Assembly (NCBI GenBank): GCA_950072105.1
Contig: CATMOE010000074.1
Coordinates: 1-14,724 of the forward strand
Reading direction: 5' to 3'
Origin: an uncultured Dehalococcoidia bacterium
GTDB taxonomy: Bacteria > Chloroflexota > Dehalococcoidia > Lucifugimonadales > UBA3495
Length of the DNA: 14,724 nucleotides
Shown: positions 7,512 through 14,724 of the stretch, piece by piece
Layout of the letters: every line of letters starts with the position of its first letter
How positions within the stretch are numbered: position 1 is the stretch's first letter
Notes under the pieces: model-generated
What the model saw: the letters and a program-made list of their open reading frames with translations, nothing else
The model's database searches: none
What the model was told of the DNA's origin: nothing
Program-made: the position numbers and the translations under genes

Positions 7512-9290
7512 CTACTGTCCTGGCTTTAGCCTGAGGTCTTCATTGGGACCTAAAAGGACGTTCATGGCCACGGAGGTATAGTCCGAGGGATTCCCGGCCA
7601 CGCGAGAGCCTTGACCTAAGGCGAAGGCGTTAATGTAGATGGGCACAAACATGAATTCATCCAGAAGGATATTTTGCGCCTGCTTCATCAAGTCTTCCCT
7701 TTCGCCCAGGTCGATGCTCAAGAGATACTGGTCCCATAAAGCGTCGATCCGGTCATCGCACACCAGAGAACTGGCGCCACCGCACCTCGCCCAGATGTTG
7801 ATGTAAGTGGCCGCGTTGCCCGGGGTCACGGAGATGGCCATGACGATCTGCCGTCCCGGGAACCCTTTGTGGCTTCTATTGAGATCGTCTTCAAAGCCTT
7901 CTCTAAGTTTCTCTTGGTACACCGGGCGTTCCATCACTTGCATCTTACTTTCGATGCCGATCTCCCTGATTTGTTCCATGACCCGCAAGCTCATGGACTC
8001 CACTGCCGGGAAGGGAGTGAACCAGTCGATCGTGAACCCGTCCTCGTATCCAGCCTCGGCCATGAGTTCCTTGGCTCTCGCGACGTCGACTTTATCAGGA
8101 GGCCTCTGGACGACTCCGGGCCAGGAGGGAGGGATGAAGTTCCCGGTTGGAATCGCCAACCCCAGGGTTTCGCGGTCGGCTAGGAACTGACGGTCTATGG
8201 CCAGGCTGACCGCCTCGCGCACCCTCACATCGTTGAAGGGGCTGTCCGGGTCGTTCTGGTCGGGGAACATCAGCCAGAACGGGCCCGAGTTGTTGGGGTC
8301 CACCTGCAAGTTCGGGTCGTTGATCACCGACTCCAATACATCTCCCGTTACGAAGTAGATAAAATCGACCTCTCCGCTTTTAAGCGCCGCCGCGCGGACC
8401 GCCACATCGCGGATGCCTCGGGAGATAAGAGTCTTGACATAGGGGACCTTACGCCAGTAATCGGTGTTGGCCTCGAACGTCACCGAGATGCCTGCCTCTT
8501 GTTCCACGAACTTAAAGGGGCCGGCCCCGATCGGTGCGTTGCTGAACGCTTCGTCCCGCTCTTCGTCGGTGCTACCCAAGGACAGGTAGTAGGCCTTGGG
8601 AATAATCACTCCGGCCGCGCTGGCCGGGGTGCCGTAATTCAGTAAGAAGTCCAGGAATGGCTTCTTAAAATTGAACTGGACAGTCCGGTCGTCGATCAAT
8701 TCGACGCTCTCGGTGAATTCCTGGAACAGGGTCGCATTGGCGCCGTGGTAATTCTCGTAGGAAAATTGTACATCTTCCGACGTGATGAGCTCGCCGTTGT
8801 GGAATCTAACGCCTTCACGCAGCCTGACAGTGGCAGTCATGAAGTCGTCGCTCATCTCGTAAAATTCCGCCAGAGCGTAAGTGAATACATTGTTCTGCAT
8901 GGGCTTGAACATATTGTCGTGGACTTTCCACGCCAACTCGTATGACATCAGTCCCGCAGTCATGATCTGAGGGTTCATCCAGCGGGGAGAAATGCCAACG
9001 TGCACTCCGATGGTCATTTCACCTTCGGGAACGCGAGAGCGGTCAGGGTCAATGTCCGCCGGTGCGATAAGTGGAGTGCTGGCGGACTCTCCCCCCGAAG
9101 GCGCCGCCGTGGTCGCCGTGGTCGCCGTGGCCACTGGAGCTGCCTTCGGGACGGCAGTTGCCGGCGCCGGAACAGCGGTTGCAACGGGTGTGGCGGTCGC
9201 CGAGGATCCGCAGGCTACCGCCAAGATTAAGGCGATGACAACGGTAATCAGAATCGCGGATTTCTTTCGCGCCATGAACGATAAGTTCAT
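7512..9290 (-). CDS. ABC transporter substrate-binding lipoprotein, family 5 (OppA/DppA-like)
   Basis: Start is likely ATG 9290 (GGAGG 10 nt upstream), not TTG 9308. Lipobox LAVAC, Ala/Thr/Pro linker, and SBP_bac_5 motifs LREGVRFHNGELITSEDVQFS, PIGAGPFKF and DVRVREAVSLAIDR. Confidence 0.93.
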   Translation of the reverse strand: MNLSFMARKKSAILITVVIALILAVACGSSATATPVATAVPAPATAVPKAAPVATATTATTAAPSGGESASTPLIAPADIDPDRSRVPEGEMTIGVHVGISPRWMNPQIMTAGLMSYELAWKVHDNMFKPMQNNVFTYALAEFYEMSDDFMTATVRLREGVRFHNGELITSEDVQFSYENYHGANATLFQEFTESVELIDDRTVQFNFKKPFLDFLLNYGTPASAAGVIIPKAYYLSLGSTDEERDEAFSNAPIGAGPFKFVEQEAGISVTFEANTDYWRKVPYVKTLISRGIRDVAVRAAALKSGEVDFIYFVTGDVLESVINDPNLQVDPNNSGPFWLMFPDQNDPDSPFNDVRVREAVSLAIDRQFLADRETLGLAIPTGNFIPPSWPGVVQRPPDKVDVARAKELMAEAGYEDGFTIDWFTPFPAVESMSLRVMEQIREIGIESKMQVMERPVYQEKLREGFEDDLNRSHKGFPGRQIVMAISVTPGNAATYINIWARCGGASSLVCDDRIDALWDQYLLSIDLGEREDLMKQAQNILLDEFMFVPIYINAFALGQGSRVAGNPSDYTSVAMNVLLGPNEDLRLKPGQ

Positions 9291-9470
9291 CGTGGATAAA
9301 CCTCCCAACGGTTAAGCCTAGTCTGCGGATATGGGCGATTGCCCATCGTGCGGCCGATCTCTGAAAGGGGCGCCAAGACGAAACATCCGGATGTATCTGG
9401 AAAAAACCGGCGATAAGGAACCGCCAGTTCGTATTTGCAATGCGCGGGAAGCTAGGGGAAGCTAGCTGGA

Positions 9471-9500
9471 ATGCTACTACTGCTATAAATCATATGTCAA
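9471..9500 (-). promoter_or_regulatory. Sigma70-type promoter for the ABC/VOC operon
   Basis: Minus strand TTGACA (9500-9495), 18-nt spacer, TAGCAT (9476-9471), pointing at the SBP gene. Confidence 0.6.
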
Positions 9501-9739
9501 GAGTTTTGGTGAATACATCCAATCATATGAAGAAGTCGTAATATCTCATCGGTTTACGGTTGGCTTTCGGGCGGCTGTATGACGATTTATATTTATATTT
9601 GGGGTGCAGTTTAGCCGCGTTTCGTGAGACAAGGGCCGCTTATTGGACTTTCGAATGTATCTTCAGCTTGAAGGGAGCCTTGTCACCGTTCACAGCCTTG
9701 TGATAGTCTGCTAAAAATTCGCTTCGGCAGGCGGACAAC

Positions 9740-10213
9740 ATGAACGCTTCGGTGAGCACTGTCCTCGAGAGGCGGCTGGTTGCCGTGATTCTGTTCCTGT
9801 TCGGGCTTGCCCTCATGGCAGCTTGCGGCGGCTCAGGCGAAAGCCCGGCCCCCACGGCCGCCGGCGAAACATCCCGGGGGCCGTCAGAATCACAGGGCCA
9901 AACTTCCACCGTGGAGGGAGTCAAAGTCATTGACGTGCTGACTGCGTTCGTCGAGCCCAGGTTCACGCCGGATCCGATCGTTTTGAAAGTTGGCGAGCCG
10001 GTGCAGTTCCGGGTTATCAGCGCCGACACAAGACATACCTTCACGGTGGACGAGTTGAACGTCGATCTGCAGATAGCTCAGAAATTATTGGGGGGAACCG
10101 CCATCTCCGAAGTGATCACTCCCCAGACAGCCGGTACTTTCCGGCTTTACTGCCGCATCCATATGAGCGTTTCCTACGGACTCATGAGTGGAGTGATTCA
10201 AGTGGTGGACTAG
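9740..10213 (+). CDS. Cupredoxin-domain lipoprotein (putative type-1 copper site)
   Basis: Signal peptide with lipobox LMAAC. FTPDPIVLKVGEPV, HTFTV and GTFRLYCRIH…LMSGVIQV supply His, Cys, His and Met ligands in cupredoxin order. Confidence 0.85.
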   Translation: MNASVSTVLERRLVAVILFLFGLALMAACGGSGESPAPTAAGETSRGPSESQGQTSTVEGVKVIDVLTAFVEPRFTPDPIVLKVGEPVQFRVISADTRHTFTVDELNVDLQIAQKLLGGTAISEVITPQTAGTFRLYCRIHMSVSYGLMSGVIQVVD

Positions 10214-10304
10214 GCTCCATGAAGGATCTTTACGTCCTTCTTGAATTCCCTGGTTTGGGCAGAGACCACGATTCCTGAACCGCACCGGCCGAAAGGAGGC
10301 ATAC

Positions 10305-10832
10305 ATGACCACAAGTTCATCGCACCCAGAACCCAACTACGACCCGTTCCCGCCCGGTGGAAGTCACCGAAGCATGGTTATCGAGATGGATGTCGAAGAC
10401 ATGGGAAGCATGCTGCGGCGGGGCTTCACCACAAGCCACGGGGACTTCACGATCTATTGTGACGAACCGGCGGCGATCGGCGGCAATGGAACCGCGCCGG
10501 CTCCGTTGCACTACTTCGCGGCCTCCATACTCTTTTGAGAGATGACGCAGATTGAGAGGTACTCTCAACTTATGAAGGTCAACATCGGCAAGGTCAGCGC
10601 CCACATCGCGGTGCATTTCGATCTAACCGGATCTGTGCTTGGGGGAACCATCCAAGCCGGGGCACCCAAGGTGGTCACCAGCTACGTCGTGGAATCCACG
10701 GACGACCGCGCAAAGGTGGCGGCGGTGCTGAAGAACGCCCGGAACGGTTGTTGGGTGAGGGCGGCGGTGGCGAACCCCACGCCCTTCGAAGATACACTTA
10801 CTCTCAACGGAGAGACATTTAATTTCGACTAA
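10305..10832 (+). CDS. OsmC/Ohr-like protein, probable selenoprotein (TGA at 10536-10538 read as Sec, codon 78)
   Basis: ORFs 10305-10538 and 10542-10832 are in the same frame. The joined protein reads DEPAAIGGNGTAPAPLHYFAASILF-U-EMTQ…ARNGCWV, so TGA occupies the first catalytic Cys position of OsmC and the second Cys is retained. A strong RBS (AAGGAGG) precedes only 10305. Confidence 0.85.
10549..10570 (+). promoter_or_regulatory. Candidate bacterial SECIS hairpin
   Basis: TTGAGAG (10552-10558), loop GTA, CTCTCAA (10562-10568), extendable by 2 bp past a bulged A. The G-starting apical loop is about 20 nt 3' of the UGA. Confidence 0.7.
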
Positions 10833-10905
10833 CGTCGACTCAGCGGGCCGCCTTGCGTACCGCCCGGCTGAAAATGCAGCGGCCAGGGAATCAGGCCAGA
10901 TCGAC

Positions 10906-10941
10906 CAGAAGACCGCCGGAACCGGTTCCGGCGGTCTTCTG
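10906..10941. terminator. Perfect 36-bp palindrome between convergent genes (probable bidirectional terminator or stabiliser)
   Basis: CAGAAGACCGCCGGAACC|GGTTCCGGCGGTCTTCTG, between the osmC-like and LUD genes. Confidence 0.65.
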
Positions 10942-10996
10942 ACGTATACATCTCACGGCGCTGAACGGCCCGAAATCTCCCGGGCTCCGATGACGG

Positions 10997-11614
10997 TCAC
11001 CATCCCAGTTCTTCCTGAATCAATATCAGGTTTACGCGTTCCGGCGCCGTTTCGTACTCCATTATCATCAGCTTTCCGATGGGCGACGCCGATACTCCCC
11101 GTTCCTCCAACCATTGGTCATGGCGGTCAACCGTGTACCCCCTGACCCTTTCGATCGCATCCGCCAGATCAGCGCAGATTTTCTGAGTTCCCGCCACTAG
11201 GATAACGTTTTTGGCCCCGAAAGCGTAGGCGCTGATCTGACTGCCTGAGGCACTGGCGATCACGATCTCCCCCGTTTCCGCTATGGCCTGCACGCTGCCG
11301 ATGAAATATTCGGCGATCGACGAATCCCTCCGAATGTTTTGCTGGGCGGCCGGGTCGGATGCTTGTTCCAGCGCGTCGTGCAGGTTGGTGTAGCGAGGGT
11401 TGCCGCGCACATAGTTGGAATAGCCGATGTGGTCCAAGGTTTCCGACGTGCTGTTGAAAATTTGGGACCCCTCGGGAATCATCTCGATAAGCCGATGTTT
11501 GGCGGCTTCTCCGCTCGTGACTACTTCGGCATGGACGTTCCGCCGTGCCAGAGCGGAAATCGTGCGCTGGATGGAGGCACTGTCTGCTAGGTAGGTCGGT
11601 CTCTCGGCGGTCAA
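10997..11614 (-). CDS. LUD-domain protein (lactate utilisation LutC/YkgG-like)
   Basis: Likely start TTG 11614 after GAAGGAG. Motifs IPEGSQIFNSTSETL, GSVQAIAETGEIVIASASGSQ, VILVAGTQKI, and the C-terminal LILIQEELGW. Confidence 0.8.
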   Translation of the reverse strand: MTAERPTYLADSASIQRTISALARRNVHAEVVTSGEAAKHRLIEMIPEGSQIFNSTSETLDHIGYSNYVRGNPRYTNLHDALEQASDPAAQQNIRRDSSIAEYFIGSVQAIAETGEIVIASASGSQISAYAFGAKNVILVAGTQKICADLADAIERVRGYTVDRHDQWLEERGVSASPIGKLMIMEYETAPERVNLILIQEELGW

Positions 11615-11719
11615 TGCAGCTACTCCTTCATCTGTTCGCAATGCTTGAGACCCAACTGGGGGCACACAGGTTCTGCGACGGCCCCCAGCGGTTTCTCCTC
11701 TCCGGCGCTCCCCGGAGCG

Positions 11720-12628
11720 CTACTGGAGGGGCGCCGCCGCAATCACCCTTGCGGCCATTTCCGTATCGATGCCGCGGGGCCATTCGCGCTTGGAGGGATC
11801 ACTGATATAAATGATTAGCGGTGGGCCCAATCCCTCTATCTCCATGCGTAACTCGTCGCCGTCTTGGACCGCCCCTATCTGCTGGTGGTTGACCCCAGTG
11901 GCAATCACGTCCCCGGGCTCCAGGGTGGTTACCTTTGAGAACTCGGAGATCAGCTCTGGTATCTTGTGGGCCATGTCGCTGGTGGGGAAATCGTGACGCG
12001 GCTCATTGTTGTTCCACAGCCGTACCTTCAGGTTCTGCGGGTCGTCGATCTCATCGGCGGTAACAAGGGCGGGGCCCATGGGAGCGAAGGTGTCCCAGCA
12101 TTTGCCCAGGAAAAAGCTGTTGCCAACCGCGCCCTGAAGACCCCGGGCCGACATGTCTAGAAAGTTGGTGTAGCCAAATACATGGGACATCGCGTCGTCT
12201 TGGGATATTTTTGAGGCGGTCTTGCCTATCACGAGCGCCAATTCCGGCTCATGATGAAATATCGTCGCGGGTGCCGGCGGAAGTTCGCAGGTGTCGCCGC
12301 TCCCGATGATCGCCGTTGGAGACTTTAGGAAAGCGTCCAACACCGCCGGCTCGCGCTGGCCGAACTCCAAGTAATTGACCGCCGCACAAATCAGTTTCCG
12401 TGGCCTTGGCACGGGCGCGCGCAGTCTCACGCTGTCCGCCGGCTCCGCTTCTTTACCTTCGATTGCGAACTCGATCTTGGGCTTCAGTTCCGTCCAGCCT
12501 GTTATGACCTCCTCCATCAAGTCCTGGGGACGCCGCAAGTGCAACCCTTCCAACGCCGACATGGCGTCCACTACCTGCTGGTCACGAAGCACACCTAAGC
12601 GGTAGTCGTTGTAAAGAACCAATTTCAT
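11720..12628 (-). CDS. Fumarylacetoacetate hydrolase family protein
   Basis: Likely start ATG 12628 (GGAGG 8 nt upstream). KLICAAVNY, FLKSPTA, HEPELALVIGK, DMSARGLQ, GKCWDTFAPMGP, LEPGDVIATG. Confidence 0.93.
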   Translation of the reverse strand: MKLVLYNDYRLGVLRDQQVVDAMSALEGLHLRRPQDLMEEVITGWTELKPKIEFAIEGKEAEPADSVRLRAPVPRPRKLICAAVNYLEFGQREPAVLDAFLKSPTAIIGSGDTCELPPAPATIFHHEPELALVIGKTASKISQDDAMSHVFGYTNFLDMSARGLQGAVGNSFFLGKCWDTFAPMGPALVTADEIDDPQNLKVRLWNNNEPRHDFPTSDMAHKIPELISEFSKVTTLEPGDVIATGVNHQQIGAVQDGDELRMEIEGLGPPLIIYISDPSKREWPRGIDTEMAARVIAAAPLQ

Positions 12629-12839
12629 GTCCATTCCCTCCTGGCGGCACCTTTGTAGACCGTCCACAGACCAACAAAATAATCACACTAAGTGAATCGT
12701 TGGATTTGGCCGGTCAGATGGCGAGTCTTATCATGCTGCTGGCGGCATTTTCGCACGCATTTCTAAAAAGGCAACAACTGGTTGATGACGGCGGTGATGC
12801 CTGTGGCTGGCTGCGACCTGACTGCCGGTCCCGTTTTAG

Positions 12840-13180
12840 CCATTCGAGATGGCGATAAATCAATCGAGAGCTTGGTATCGAGCAGGTACAGTTTCCAAAG
12901 TATCTCCGGCATTAATTCCGCGTTCAAGGAATTGCTTGATATAGATTTCCAAACAGTGATACGACGCCGGAAAAAAGTCGGCAAACGCCTTCCGGTTCTT
13001 GAGCGCCAGTTAAATCTCTTGATTGACTTCCGGCACGGTATTGTCCACAGATTCAACTTAGATTTAGAACTTCGAAAAGAGCACATCGAGGAAATCTTTG
13101 ATCTCACGACTGCAGTGATTGACCAGTTCGTCGACCACTTGGAGAAGCTTCGAGGTGTTCCCATTCGTGTTCCCAGCTAA
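12840..13180 (+). pseudogene. C-terminal fragment of a HEPN-domain protein (RiboL-PSP-HEPN-like)
   Basis: RHGIVH matches the HEPN Rx4H motif, preceded by YSFQSISGINSAFKELLDIDF and followed by an amphipathic helix. The first ~20 called codons (12782-12840) are GC-rich with no RBS and look unrelated. The left boundary is approximate. Confidence 0.55.
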
Positions 13181-13448
13181 AACGGATCTTTATAGGGATT
13201 CGCGGGAGTCAGGAAAACTCTCACTAATCGGGACCTGTTCAAACAAATAGGTTAAATCGTCATAGGAAATCTGGCAGGTCAGAGGAAAGCCACGGGGAAA
13301 TCATTTAGTCCTTGGAGGAGCGGACGGTAACGACAGGTACTACCACATAGAATGCGATCTCACACAAATCCCACATTGGTTTGACCGAGATCGCGATCCG
13401 ATTATCCGCGAGTAGGAATTGGCATGTGAGGTGGGAGGCGGCAACAAT

Positions 13449-14285
13449 ATGGATGACGACGAATCAAATATTGAAAGTTTTAAGACCGAGATATTTTTGG
13501 ACAAGTTGGGCCGCACTGTTCGATACGCCAAACTTCGCTGTCTCTCGCCAACCGAAATTTTCGACCGCATAGCGGGTCTAGACCTAGATCCTGAAGTGAC
13601 CGACTATGTTTACAGGATCTCAGAACTAAGGTTGACCGGTTCAAATTTGGAACACCTCCTCGGTGCGATGAAAAATCTTGCGAATAGAAGCGAAAGTTCT
13701 TCATCCAAGGTGAGAGCCAAAATCGACCGAATTTTATTAAGGCTGGTCCGTCTGCTACCAACGGACATCGGCAACAACTTCGCTGAGCCATTCGTTGATC
13801 ACCGGCTAAAGTCCCGAAGAAGATGGGCGTATTCTTCTCTACGCCAGAAGCCGATTTCTAAAATTATCGCCGTCAAGCTTGCGAACGTCTTCAAGCAGCA
13901 CGGGGATCAGGACGCCCTAAAGCTAATCGCGAGAAACCCTAAACGAGTTACCGACGTCGGTGGGGAATTCTTACTGGCGAATATTAACGAGGAATATTGG
14001 CGGGCTCGAGTAGTCGAGGCCTTGCTTGACTATGACCGGCCAACCGCGCTGTTAATAGCGAAGCGTTATCCGTTTGAATTTGCTCATGCGGTTGGGCGCA
14101 GCGGTGACGATTCTCTTGTCAGCTACCTCACCGACCTGTTTCCAGCGAATCAAGACGACATGGAATTTATTTCGATCTACGCATTCGCCCTGGGCAAACT
14201 TGGTGCAATTGCAGAACTCGAGGCACTCGAATGTTTTATCGCGGTGCGTTATCCCAATTCACAGCGTAGCCAATCCACGGCGTAA
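13449..14285 (+). CDS. Hypothetical alpha-helical (HEAT/ARM-like) protein
   Basis: Long open frame, likely start ATG 13449 after GGAGG. Helical-repeat-like segments WRARVVEALL, FAHAVGRSGDDSLVSYL and AFALGKLGAIAELEAL. No catalytic motif recognised. Confidence 0.7.
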   Translation: MDDDESNIESFKTEIFLDKLGRTVRYAKLRCLSPTEIFDRIAGLDLDPEVTDYVYRISELRLTGSNLEHLLGAMKNLANRSESSSSKVRAKIDRILLRLVRLLPTDIGNNFAEPFVDHRLKSRRRWAYSSLRQKPISKIIAVKLANVFKQHGDQDALKLIARNPKRVTDVGGEFLLANINEEYWRARVVEALLDYDRPTALLIAKRYPFEFAHAVGRSGDDSLVSYLTDLFPANQDDMEFISIYAFALGKLGAIAELEALECFIAVRYPNSQRSQSTA

Positions 14286-14382
14286 CCTCATAAAACCTCG
14301 TCCGATCTGTTCTAATCCGACGCCTGGCAACATAGAACCACGGATAGGCGAAAATGCTTCGGAAGCAGGTCATTTGAAAATC

Positions 14383-14403
14383 GGGGCCATTCGGGGGCCA
14401 TTC
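14383..14403 (+). repeat. Direct repeat GGGGCCATTC x2, resembling tyrosine-integrase arm-type sites
   Basis: Copies at 14383-14392 and 14394-14403 (11-bp period), about 55 bp from the tRNA-Lys 3' fragment. Confidence 0.5.
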
Positions 14404-14413
14404 CAATAAATAG

Positions 14414-14445
14414 AAAAGCCCGGATTGTTCAAATCCGGGCTTTTT
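14414..14445. terminator. Bidirectional rho-independent terminator
   Basis: AAAAGCCCGGATT-GTTCA-AATCCGGGCTTTTT, with A/T tracts on both sides. It lies downstream of both the + strand gene and the - strand tRNAs. Confidence 0.85.
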
Positions 14446-14458
14446 CGTGCCTAAAATT

Positions 14459-14510
14459 TGGTGACCCGCCTCGGGGTCGAACCGAGAACCTACTGATTAA
14501 GAGTCAGTTG
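14459..14510 (-). pseudogene. 3' portion of tRNA-Lys(CTT), att-site-like remnant
   Basis: Minus strand CAACTGACTCTTAATCAGTAGGTTCTCGGTTCGACCCCGAGGCGGGTCACCA contains the anticodon arm (CTT), T arm, 3' acceptor strand and CCA. No D arm or 5' acceptor strand lies upstream. Confidence 0.85.
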
Positions 14511-14590
14511 GTGAATCTCGTATTCTTCAGTTGGCTCAGCTTTATATTGCCTGCAAAACGCTACCAATACAACGGAAACCGGAAATAATT

Positions 14591-14665
14591 TGGTCGGGGT
14601 GAGAGGATTTGAACCTCCGACCTCTGCGTCCCGAACGCAGCGCGCTGCCCCTGCGCTACACCCCG
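14591..14665 (-). tRNA. tRNA-Pro(CGG)
   Basis: CGGGGTGTAGCGCAGGGGCAGCGCGCTGCGTTCGGGACGCAGAGGTCGGAGGTTCAAATCCTCTCACCCCGACCA forms a complete cloverleaf with anticodon loop TTCGGGA and encoded CCA. Confidence 0.96.
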
Positions 14666-14724
14666 ACTCTCCCTGCTGCGTTCCCGCTTCCCAGCCGGAA
14701 TCGGGCCTTGGGCAGGGCTGAGGG

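Noticed and set aside
9105..9130. CGCCGTGGT x~3 tandem repeat
   Set aside because: Encodes the Thr/Ala linker of the lipoprotein. It has no spacers and is not CRISPR-like.
2834..9315. Numerous overlapping ORFs within the VOC and ABC genes (e.g. 3578-4018, 4464-5129, 5620-6102, 7807-8190)
   Set aside because: Typical GC-rich antisense or alternative-frame shadows of well-supported genes.
10305..10832. Interpretation as a nonsense pseudogene or two separate small genes
   Set aside because: The stop is TGA exactly at the expected catalytic Cys, both halves are otherwise intact, and a SECIS-like hairpin follows, so Sec read-through explains it better.
13266..13413. Short open frame (…GGADGNDRYYHIECDLTQIPHWFDRDRDPIIRE*) between the HEPN fragment and the hypothetical gene
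   Set aside because: It may be a gene remnant, but it has no start codon or recognisable motif, so it cannot be supported.
14459..14590. Intron-containing or intact tRNA-Lys
   Set aside because: No 5' acceptor strand complementary to GCGGGTC and no D arm could be found between the fragment and tRNA-Pro.
1..14724. CRISPR array, rRNA, integrase or complete transposase
   Set aside because: No repeat-spacer periodicity, rRNA-like sequence or recombinase motifs were seen in the window.

Overview
Mosaic window. The GC-rich middle (about 2170-12630) is an intact catabolic/transport region: a minus-strand Opp/Dpp-type ABC operon ending in a tandem two-domain VOC/extradiol-dioxygenase-like gene, a divergent cupredoxin lipoprotein plus OsmC-like gene, and a FAH-family hydrolase plus LUD-domain gene. 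The long Ala/Thr/Pro-linker lipoproteins and gene content are suggestive of Chloroflexota (SAR202/Dehalococcoidia-like), which is inference only. The best-supported hidden feature is that the OsmC gene, split into two ORFs by the ORF caller, is probably one selenoprotein: an in-frame TGA sits at the catalytic Cys position and a SECIS-like hairpin follows it. Both flanks look like decayed, more AT-rich defence-island material. On the left, queC appears interrupted by an IS-like end, and a 5'-truncated queD abuts head-to-head a 5'-truncated STAND-like/TPR gene. On the right are a truncated HEPN gene, an alpha-helical hypothetical gene, arm-like direct repeats, a terminator, a 3'-half tRNA-Lys (att-like) and an intact tRNA-Pro(CGG).
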